From Azolla caroliniana (lineage: Eukaryota; Plantae; Polypodiophyta): a stretch of DNA of 29,101 nucleotides. Made by a program: the position numbers and the translations under genes. Shown piece after piece: positions 18,804 through 29,101 of this stretch. The DNA lies in contig JBHGNT010000390.1 of the NCBI GenBank assembly GCA_043228905.1, forward strand, positions 1 to 29,101, written 5' to 3'. Each line of letters begins with the position of its first letter. Positions within the stretch are counted from its first letter, which is position 1. The notes beneath the pieces were generated by a model. It was not told where the DNA came from. It did no database searches and worked only from the letters and a program-made list of their open reading frames with translations.

Positions 18804-20193
18804 CCGTGGACAATTGTGATAACATGATCTTAGCCCCTCTTAGGTTAGATAACCTATTCCTTTGATCTTGCGCAAAAGACTACATAAACGTTATCCAATC
18901 CGCAACCGTACGAGATGGTCCATTGTCCATTGCAATCCATGATAACCTAGGGCATAAACCCAAACCACATGCAACTTCATTAGTAAATAAAGGATTCCAT
19001 ATCAATGGTTGACGCATAAATTGATGATAGCTTTTTGGTGGCAAGAAAACAAGTATTTGCCGAAGACTTTCCCATGCCCGAAAAATTCCATTGAAGAAAC
19101 GTAATGATCCATCATTGGACTTAGGTAGTTGAAAATTTGCATTAAAGAACCATCTAAGACTATCATTCTGTTGACAGCCTATCGAAGGTTTGACCTTATG
19201 TAAATGTTGAATCCATAACTTTTTCCATAACTCCTCTCATGGCAATAAACTCTTAACAACATGTTTAGTAAGTAAGGCTTTACTTTGCATAAACGGATCA
19301 ATCAAACCTAAACCTCCTTTTTGTTTAGATTGTATTAGAATAGACGAAGCTACCTTTGCTACATAATTGTCTGATCTATTGTTCCCCCAAATAAAATTTC
19401 GTACTAAACGTTGAAGTTTCAACATTATTGACCCAGAAAACAACCATGTAGATGCTATATACCAAATCGAGGACAGAAGCACCGAATTAGCTATAACTAC
19501 ACGTCCAACTAAGGATAAAACAAATTTATTCCAATATATTAATTTATTTCTTAATCGTAACAATAAGGGCACAATCATATCTCCTGTCTTTAATCCCACA
19601 CCCACTCGACAACTTAGATACCTAATAGACTGACCTTGAGGTATCCACGTGAATCCTAAGGAAGATACATTAACTGGCGGATCTCCCAAAGCGACCCAAA
19701 AACCTGATGATTTATCCCAATTTATCAATGCACCCGATGCATTTGAGAAAACATCCATGACCTTTTGCACCTGTAACAAATTACAATGTGAGGCTTGAAC
19801 ATATAAAGTTGTATCATCAGCAAATTCGCTATCCACACCAACATTTTCCATTGGTAGTGCTAAACCTTTAATATTTACATATTGAGAATTTAAATGTACA
19901 GAAAATGCTTCAAATACTAGCAAAAACAGGAAAGGAGCAGGTGGACATCCCTGTCGTACAGATCATGAAATAGAAAACCCCCTACTAATGTCCCCTGCAA
20001 ATAAGAGAGAACTATTTGCATTACGGTATAATGTTGAAACTCCTCGTGCCCATATGCTTGGAAAACCCATCCTGAAGAGTGTTCCCTCCATAAAATCCCA
20101 GTCCACTCTGTCCTAACCTTTTTCAAAATCCAGAAATAACACCGCCAGATCTTGCTTCTGCAATTCAACGAAGGTCACCATTTCCCAAAAGAG

Positions 20194-20548
20194 AATCTTA
20201 GAATGTCTCTTCCTCTTGGAACGGGTTACATTTACAATTGAGCATCAAAATTTGATAGACACGCGATTACGATTTTTTTTTTTCGAACCCGGGGATGGCT
20301 TTTAAGCTCTCGTCCGTAGTTTAGACTTAAAAAGGGGTACATATCTTTTTTTTTATCCCTACTGGTTGGTTCTCTACTCCTTTCTTAAAAAACTCTACTT
20401 GACTTGAATTGTCTGACAACATCAGCCTCAAAACTGATCTAGAAATACGAAGGTTCGTCCCATGGAACAAACAGGAAGAATGGACGATAGTTGGAGTCGG
20501 CGGCTCTCCCGGGGCTACTCAATCCAATGCCTCTGTCGGTGAAGAAAA
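20194..20548 (+). other. 355-bp insertion in LINE RT, resembling the 5' part of the plastid trnA-UGC group II intron (candidate NUPT)
   Basis: Splits the RT motif SIFDNIILF|WEMV; flanked by AAAAGAG (20187-20193, 20549-20555). ATGGACGATAGTTGGAGTCGGCGGCTCTCCC matches my recollection of the trnA intron. Confidence 0.6.
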
Positions 20549-22160
20549 AAAAGAGGATAATATTATCAAAGATACTTCGTTCTTGCAAAAAACCAGTCTA
20601 GGTATCATGAATCAACTCCAAAGATAAGGTTGTAACTATCTAGCTATCGTTTTTGCTAATATCTTATAAATAACATTTAACAAAGTGATTGGTCTCCAAT
20701 GGCTAACCTCTTCTAATTGTCAACTTGTTTTAGGAACCATATAGATTAAACCCTCCTTCCATTCTTGTGGCATATTTCCAGAATCTAAAATCTGTTGACA
20801 TACTTTGGTCAGTCCATCACCTATCAAATCCCAATATTGGATATACCATTGAACTCCCAGCCCATCCAAACTAGGACAAACATCCTTTGTGAGGGCTTTT
20901 ATTGCTTTAAAAACCTCTTGAGGACTTAATGGTTGCAAAAGACAACCTAAATGTTGTACATAAACCCTATTATGAATCCTAAACCATATGATGTCCCTCT
21001 TAACCAAATCAGCCTCAGAAAAGGGTCTAGCTTTTAACATAGCCTCATAATATTCAGAGGCTATTTGTCGCATCTGACTGGGATCAGTGGTATAGGAGCC
21101 TACTTGTACCACTCGAGAACTTATATAACTTGAATATGGTCTTCTCTCTTCCAAATGTTGCAGGGATTTCAAGCCCCTAAAAAGCCTAACTATTTTAGTT
21201 AAAGACACATAAAATACTTGTTTAGCCTTATCGTTAAAAAATTGTTGTGTTTCACTAATTGCCTTCTGGACACTAGATAATGCATAATCATAGGAGTAGT
21301 CATACTTATTCCAAATACTATGCACAATAGGAGACACAATCTGGGCCAAGAAACACATGATTTGGAATTCTAAACCTTGAGTTCTTATAATGCTCCTGCA
21401 AGACTATAACTAACTGAAGCGGTGCATGATCAGAAAAGGAAAATGAAGGTATGATTCCAATGGAACCTCCTTTGTCCCATAAAAACTTATCAGCATAGAA
21501 TTTATCTAACCTAGACAAATTCATATGTGACCGTCTTCTATCTTATCTTGAATACTCTAAGGAATCTTGTATCCTTGCAAAAGAAGACACATGCCACAAG
21601 TCCAATAAACCGAAAGAAAAAATTAAACGTTCCCATTCATATAGTTCTAAACCATATATTGTTTGTGATGTGCCTCCCAACCTATCACAACCATCCTCCA
21701 ACATATTAAAATCACTTGCAATTGCCCAGTGGTCAACAACCGGTAATTGTGCCATTAGGCTCTTCCAAAATATTGTTCTATCTTTGGTATGATTTGCTGC
21801 ATATATATTCAACAATCCCCATTTTTTCAAACCAAATTGTAGAATTACATAATGACCTCCACCACAAGTCAACACTCCATAATGTAAGAAAGCAAACCAC
21901 CAAATGTCATTTATTGCAATGCAAAGTCATGCCTTCAGATTATTATCCCCAGTTGCAGGCACCCAGAACTGTCTCCACTGGCCTGGCAACAATTTTCCAT
22001 TATTTTGTATCCTTCGTTCATTAAAATGATGCTCTTGAATAAGAAGAACATCAATCCTACCTATCGCATACTTCCTTGATTGATGACGGAAAACACTCCT
22101 TACTTTATGGTAATGTCTGCCTCCCAAACCCTGTACATTCCATGAAATAATATTTTTAAC

Positions 22161-23690
22161 CTATCCATCATTCATGTTTTGCAGTCCTACTCTCCTTTCA
22201 GCAAGTGCAATGTCTCTACCCTTCCTTCCATCCTCTGAGGCCCGTAATTGTCTCTTATTTGACCAAATGTCTTTCCCAGTCAACTTATATGCACGTACTG
22301 GCATATGTTTATCGATAATAGAAACCCTATCAGACAACTTGGCAATTGTAGTAAAAGCAACTATATTGCCACAATTCATGTAAGGATGTGTAAGGTCAAC
22401 CTTGACCACTTCATTTTTTTTCTTTATAAACTCTTCGAAAGCTACGGATCTATCAATTTGTTTTACTTGATCTAAAAATAGTTGTTTATTGTTACTAAAT
22501 TGATTTTTAACCTTAAAAACAGATTCTACATCTTGTACCTTAAAAAATGTGTCTTGCAAATTATGTTGCTCCTTTGTGAAAACTAGGAGGGAAAAACCGC
22601 CATCCACTTGACTAAACCCCACCTCCTTTTCCACTACCTGCAAAGAGTGATAAGGGTTAGCTTCAAGTAATAACATTGGATTAACCAACTTACGAGTCAG
22701 TTTAAAAACATGTTTAGCAGCAATTGTAGACCAGCCCTCATTGTTAACATTTGGTCGATTAGGTGAATGTACTTCAACATTTGGCTGACGCTTCGGACAA
22801 TCTCTACCTAAATGACCAAACTGTCGACACACAAAACATTGAGTAGGTAAACCTTGATAATATACCTTTTGCACAACCGGTGATTTATTTATAATTACGT
22901 TAGGTAAAGCAATAGTTGTCGGCAACCGAACAGATCTTGGTGCGATCAACCAAACAACAGGTACCCCACCCACCTGTCCATCACGCGTAGCAATGATCCT
23001 ACCTAACAAAGTCCCAATACGAGGAAGAACATTCCTCCATTCCTTCTCAATCCAGGGAATACTACCGTAAAAGCCATATTAGACTCTTGATCCTGCAATA
23101 TGTCATCTACCTTAACATTATGAGACCATTTATGAAAAGATACCCATGCACCTTCCACGCCCGCCTCCTTAATTGCTTGTAGCCTTGTGACGGCCTTCTC
23201 GCTTGCAAATTCCACGAGGTAACATCCTTGAGACATGAATTAAATATTGATTATGTTATCCGCTTCCTTCGAGAAAGCCGCGTACAAAGTATGTTGAAGT
23301 TCCGATCGATTTAATCTCAAACCTTGTACCTGCACTACCAAGGAGTAAGCCTCCAACCTTTGTACCTCCGCCGAAACTAAAGCTTGATCCTCCTCCGATA
23401 ACACTAGGTCGATTGTCACATCACTGAGATGAGGCGAAATTTGGGGGGGTGCACTAGACTCCCTTGCTCACGTATGCAGTCCAACCGCAAATGAAGTAAG
23501 AGGCTGGTCTGCAGTCGACCTCTTGTTCGTGTTTGGATCACCTGTTTCTGTGGTCACGCTATTCGTGCCATACACGACATGTTCTTTTCCTGTCTGCTGC
23601 AACGTCTCTCTCCGTACTTCACGATCATACGAAATTTTTTCAAGTCCTTACAATCTGTTCAATATCTTTGCCCATGAATGCCATGGTAGG
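22161..23690 (-). pseudogene. LINE ORF1 (gag-like, zinc knuckle CFVCRQFGHLGRDC), frameshifted
   Basis: ORFs 22161..23009 and 23003..23236 (GCYLVEF..W) plus a mostly open frame further upstream; 5' end approximate. Confidence 0.75.
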
Positions 23691-24497
23691 GAAGATTATA
23701 TCCACAATTTCTCACCTCCACACCATCACCACTCATCATTATGAAAAATCAAGGATTATGCTTCATTTTTCCACCTCAAAAATCATATCAACCAACATCC
23801 ATGATTTGTATGCCCTGTCATCATTGCATTCCATGAGACCACGTTTGTAGTTAGAAGGCTTTGGAACACATCTCGTGTTTCAACAAACCGACAAAAATGA
23901 TTGTGAGAGTTCCATTTCCAACTTTCATAAGTTCTCTTGCAACAAGGTCGTGTACTAGGTGAAGATCCCCATCTTTAGCCCTGAGTCGTTGTTCAAGTTT
24001 TGTGACACGAACTTGAGACACTGTCAACCAAAGTACAATAGTGTATTGCACCTTCTAGCTGTCACTTTTGTTTAACATGTAGAAAGAGTAAAAGACAATA
24101 TTTTTTTACAAGGAGGGAATGATGGGAATAGGATTTTTGCGCAAAACAAGAAAGGGCCAAGTTTATCGAAGGACTCATATTTTGTGAGTAAAAAGTTTGG
24201 TCCAATGCAAGTTTTTTTTTTCAAAAAAAAAAACTCCCACTAGGGACACAATATGAGTTTTTACATGTGATGTGTCCTTTTCTACCACTTTGGCAGTAAA
24301 AATCCCCTCTCTCCAATCAAGTTGTTGAGGTAATCTATTGCTTCTTGGCCGTAGTCTTCTTCTAGCTCTGACAATTTTAAGATAAACAAGGCTAAACAAT
24401 CATTTAGACTAGGTGTAACTATGCGAAATCTGTGTACATCCAAAGTTACTTTAGAGGGTGTGCATTATCAAGCATCACATACGACTTTCAAAAGCTT

Positions 24498-24754
24498 ATA
24501 AACTGTCCAACCTCTTGTACCTGTAAACATCGGCTTAAACATTGCCAAAAAACCTGGTTTCTCTTCAGCCTGCCCATCTTCTCAGTCTTTATATACCTTT
24601 CTCTGCCTTTTTCCAATGCAAGATTCATAACCTGTCCAACCTCTTGTACCTGTAAACATCGGCTTAAACATTGCCAAAAAACCTGGTTTCTCTTCAGCCT
24701 GCCCATCTTCTCAGTCTTTATATACCTTTCTCTGCCTTTTTCCAATGCAAGATT
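24498..24754 (+). repeat. Near-perfect 129-bp tandem duplication (2 copies)
   Basis: CTGTCCAACCTCTTGTACC at 24503 and 24632; copies identical through ..CAATGCAAGATT. Confidence 0.95.
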
Positions 24755-25009
24755 GAACTTGGTTTTAAATTGGGATTATATCTTATTGGTAATCCTGCTC
24801 AACATATATACCTTGGTTATCCACAATAGATTGCTTTTGAGAAATTTTTATATATATCAAGGCCTTCTTCAGCTGTTGTAGTTGAAAACACCAAAACAGT
24901 CCATGAAGCACATGCCGCTTGAAGCAAACATGATACTCTCTACCATGAACACTTTGGTTTATGACAACCTTCACGTTCTCACAACAACCATGCGCCGGTT
25001 AGACCATAA

Positions 25010-25960
25010 TCTTCTACCCACCCATGATAGACGGCTTCGACTCCCCCACCATCTTCACTCATCCTTATCACAGAAAAATCTTCATTTAATCCACATCAGT
25101 CATCTCACGGATTAACGTCTTGCCAAAAACCCTGTGTTAAGAACAAAATCAGTCCAAAAATTTCCTCACCCACTCCTAATAATTGGCTTCGACCCTCCCC
25201 GCCATCTTCACTCATCCTTAACACAACAAATATTTCTTCATTTAGTCGACATCAGCCATCTCACCGATTAACATGGTTCCAATGTCCACGCATATCCTGT
25301 ATTAATCAACAAAAAATTAGTCTAAACGTTTCCTCACCCACTCCTAATAATTGGCTTCGATCATCCCCACCATCTTCACTCATCCTTAACACAGAAAAAT
25401 TTCTTCGTTCAGTCAACATCAACCATCTCACCGATTAACATGGTGCCAATGTCCACGCATATCCTGTATTAATCAACAAAAAATTAGTCTAAACGTTTCC
25501 TCACCCACTCGTGATAGTCGGCTTCGACCTCCCCACCATCTTCACTCATCCTTATCACAGAAAAATTTTCTTCGTTTAGTCCACATCAACCATCTAGCCA
25601 ATTGGCCTCATGCCAATGTCCACAAAAAAACATGTATCAATAACAAAACAATTAGTCTAAAAGTTTCATCACTCATGATAGACGGCTTCGACCCCCCCAC
25701 CATCTTCCCTCATCCTTATCACAAAAAATAAATTCTTCATTCAGTCCACATAAGCCATCATGTCGATTAGCATCTTGCAATGTTCATGAAAATCCTGCAT
25801 TAAAAAACAAAAATTAGTGTAAAAGTTTCCTCACCCACTCATGATAGTCGGCTACGACACCCCCAACATCTTCACTCATCCTTATCATAGACAAAATTTC
25901 TTCATTTAGTCCACATCAGCCATCTCGCGTATTAGCATCTTGCCAATGTCCATGAAATTC
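25010..25960 (+). repeat. Tandem array of ~6 units of a ~167-bp satellite-like repeat (array 2)
   Basis: GGCT(T/A)CGA anchors at 25033, 25185, 25353, 25520, 25684, 25850 (spacings 152, 168, 167, 164, 166). Confidence 0.92.
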
Positions 25961-26162
25961 CCCATCAATCAACTCACTGTTATTGAGTATCCCGAATAGC
26001 TTAAACCTACATAAACAAAAATGAATGCATACACTCTTGTCATTATGAAACAACCTTATCATTCATCCTATCTAAGGGATCAAGATCATCATCCCTATGT
26101 AAGGTAAAGCATCTGCTTCACTATCCGCACCAAACATATCAGAGGTTACCGCGAAAAACTTC

Positions 26163-27883
26163 TTTTATGAAAAAACTCTTACTATGTACCCCAATCACCT
26201 CTTCCATGTTGAGTCATGTTGTATGCTCTAAGGACGGTGTTGGTGGCGGGAACAACCAACGAGGTGGTATGTAATTCCACTTAACATTAGTCTCTGCATC
26301 CAACATGATAGGAATAGATGACCAAACTCTTCTAATTCTCCTTCTTTTTTGACTAGTTGTGTTTCCTAATCCCTTACAATTGTCATAATCACCTTTAACT
26401 GTATGAACCAATAAGTCCCAAAAAGACTTAACTTGTTCTACAACATGAGTATTTCCATCCTTGCATAGATTGGAACACCTAGCTTTCCAACGAACCCATA
26501 AACCCAAAGAGGAAACAATTTGCCACACATAACTCCGCGAAAAGAACGTGATTCCCTGCAAGGAACTTGAGGTAGCATATACTTGGAATACTTGAAAACT
26601 TCTCACATGTAAAGACAAAGAAGAATGCTGATAATGATAAAAGGCCGTTTGTTGATCCAACATTCCCCAAAAGACTGCACCCCACGTGAAGATAATCGAG
26701 GTATACTTACGACCTAAAAGTCTAAGAATTCGAAACCAAAACCTTTTAGCGAACACACATTCCCAAAATACATGATGCAGTGACTCTGATGCAAACCCAA
26801 ACATAACACATGACCGATCACTCACAAGACCTCTCAATAGTTCACCTATTGGCAATGCATAGTGAATCATCAACCAACGAAAATGCAATATCTTATTCAT
26901 ACATTTAGTTACCCAAAACCTTTTCCAAAACATCCTCATATGAGATGAGGAGACATTACCTTCCTCCCAATACTTTTTTCCCGCTGGGACAGACTCGGTC
27001 TGATTCAACATAAAGTTTCTACCCAATGCCACCGAATATGAGAAGAATGGAAGGATCTTATTCGTTGTGTCAGATATGGACACTTTCCAACCATAATTTG
27101 ATGGGTCCCACTGCAGATCGACAAGTGGCCTAGTGTGTAAAACCCAAATATGAGATGCATAGTTAGCAATTAACGGACTAGGATCGGAATTTTTTTTTTT
27201 ATCTAATCTAGCAATTACTCTCATTGGCAACTGCTTTGCATTGGACATAATTGAAGACTCCTCCACCACTAATATCAATCTACCATTGTCCAAAACTTCG
27301 TAACAAATTTTTTTGCCATTATGATGATATAAATGAGCTCCTATTAGTATATTAAATGTCGAAAACATACCGTACCAACTTTGAACATAATCAAACTGCA
27401 AAGTTGGTAGTGTGACCTAATACACCATGGACAATTGAGAGAACATTATCCTTGCCCCTCTTAAATTAGACAAAATACTCTTTGGGTCGTGTGCTTAAGT
27501 TTGTAGAAACTTTATCCAATCCGCAACTGTACGGGCTGGCCCACTGTCCATTGCCGCCCAAGATAACCTCAGTCGTAGACCCAAAACACATGCAGCTTCG
27601 TCCGTAAATAAAGGATTCCATATCAAAGGTTGACGCATGAATTGATGATAATTTTTCGGTGGCAAGAAAACAAGTGCTTGCCGTAGAGTTTCCCATGCTC
27701 GAAAAATTCCACTAAAGAAACGTAATGATCCAACATTGGACTTAGGTAATGGAAAATCTGAATTAAAAAACCACCTAAGACTATCATGCCATTGCCCTCC
27801 TACTGAGGGCTTGACCTTATGTAAGTGCTGAATCCATAGCTTTTTCCATAACTCATCACTTGGCAATAAACTCCTAACGACAT
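26163..27883 (-). mobile_element. 5'-truncated LINE (copy 2), same family as copy 1; C-terminal ORF2 with zf-RVT
   Basis: ORFs 27495..27932 and 26214..27401 align to the copy 1 translation (LQWDPS.YGWK, KKYWEEGNVSSSHM, PPRWLFPP..TT*); homology to copy 1 stops at ~27883. Confidence 0.9.
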
Positions 27884-28132
27884 AGTTTATGCCAATTTGG
27901 GAAATATGTCTTCTTGTCGTAGCGAGAAACAAATATTCAATGACGAACTTTCAATGATATATATGATGTGCAATGTTTAAACATGATATTTGACTTCCAA
28001 ATATCTCATGTAGTGGTCTTTTTTGCTTCACCTAACTTCCATGACTATGGTTCTATGACCACACTCAGAACAACCAACTTTTGCTTTGCTAGTTCTCTCT
28101 ATCAACATCCAAAAATCTTGAATTTCATGCAT

Positions 28133-29101
28133 CCAAATCTCCTAGTTTTGGCAATCCCGAGTCTACTCTCTAGTTGTTACAATGTACCATGAAAATCTAC
28201 CTATTTTTTGAATGATTAAGAATGACATTAGCCCATATTTGTCATCTTAAATGATTTACTTGACATGTAGTGGATCTCATTGTAGGTATCGTTTACAATA
28301 TTTTGTGAGGGTCAAATCTCACACATAGATAATCATGACATGTTTCCCTCTTGCTACATACATAGAGGCACTTGGTTAACCCAATTGTCTTTAGTAAATA
28401 TTGTAGTCCTAGCTATATGCATTATGCCAATGGTAACTTCATACATATTATCTTTCTCATAAGATACCTAAAAATGTGACACGTGCATATCCCCCAAAGG
28501 TCCGTAACAAATAAGGTAAGGGGAACACTTGCTTGAGAAACGACTAGAGGTAACTAGAGATGCAAGCCAACGTAGGAGATGCTTCATTAGGTCTAAAAAG
28601 AGTAGGTGTCCCATTTCGAGGGGGGATTAAAAGATAGAGATAGACAAAGAGAAGGTCTTACACCTGCTCCTCTTTACAGAACTGAGAAGAAGAAGAAGGA
28701 GAAAGAAAGGAAGAAAGGATTGGGTTATGGAAGTAAGCGATAGAGAGAGAAGTAGCAGAAGTCCTGCTGCAGTGTCGCCAATGTCGGTGCAAAATCTGGA
28801 TTTCCCGTAGCCTTTGGACAGGAGGACGAAAACGAAGGAGAAGCATAGCAGAGACACAGACCTTCGAAGAAGAGGAAGAAGAAGACTATACAAATATAGA
28901 AGAAGCTACTCTATATTTGTCTCGGTATCTACGTGTTTGCTAATAAGTGAGTATTTTCTGTTTCTATGCTGAGGAAGTTCGAAAAAGCAATTTTCTTCAA
29001 ATAACTATAGTCTATCAGCCCGACTTTGATTCCATTCCAGATGTGAAGGAAAATAAGGCTACTTGAAAGCACTAAAAAAGGCAGATGTGCATAGATCCAT
29101 T
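28133..29101 (+). repeat. Arm B of inverted duplication: upstream region, leader exon and start of intron 1 of a probable second IRE-type kinase copy transcribed rightwards
   Basis: Reverse complement of 8188-9550 minus 8640-9058; retains the GTGAGT donor (~28947); homology runs to the window edge. Confidence 0.9.

Larger units (their letters stand above)
16510..22168 (-). pseudogene. LINE ORF2 (APE endonuclease - reverse transcriptase - zf-RVT), disrupted
   Basis: IISWNVQGLG, LLIQEHH, NIYA, DFN, SRLDKFY, SDH (endonuclease); LDFEK, EFADDT, KQKGGLG (RT); H.FWEC and LWVLWKARC (C-terminal zinc region). Confidence 0.9.
16459..23693 (-). mobile_element. Near full-length, decayed L1-clade LINE (copy 1) with two nested insertions
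   Basis: ORF1 with CCHC knuckle, ORF2 with endonuclease, RT and zf-RVT in L1 order; stops and frameshifts throughout. Ends are approximate. Confidence 0.9.

Noticed and set aside
19810-19830. FADD instead of YADD in the LINE RT as a novelty
   Set aside because: FADD is common in plant L1-clade reverse transcriptases.
20194-20230. Functional tRNA-Ala gene
   Set aside because: At most a faint trace of the 5' exon, no 3' exon and no cloverleaf.

Overview
Land-plant nuclear DNA; the plant kinase gene, GT-AG introns and plant retroelements suggest a non-seed plant such as a fern, but that is only a guess. Left third (minus strand): the 5' ~1135 codons of an IRE/IRE4-type AGC Ser/Thr kinase gene. 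I reconstructed it as 9 phase-consistent coding exons (7548 down to 575) plus a probable non-coding leader exon (~8343-8700); the rest of the kinase domain lies off the left edge. Right end (28133-29101): an inverted copy of this gene's upstream/leader/first-intron region (8188-9550), lacking 419 bp of probable core promoter. This implies a head-to-head paralog or pseudogene running off the right edge. The ~18.5 kb between the two copies is a nested transposon graveyard. It holds a 3'-truncated Ty1/Copia element (LTR, tRNA-Met PBS, gag-protease) and a near full-length decayed L1-type LINE interrupted by a 1120-bp solo LTR and a 355-bp insert resembling the plastid trnA-UGC intron. It also holds a second 5'-truncated LINE of the same family and two arrays of a ~167-bp C/A-rich tandem repeat. 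The most unusual structure is a module occurring twice in the same orientation: unidentified degenerate sequence X, then the ~167-bp array, then the 3' end of the same LINE family. Two intronic hairpins in the kinase gene are also notable. No CRISPR, rRNA or intact tRNA was found.
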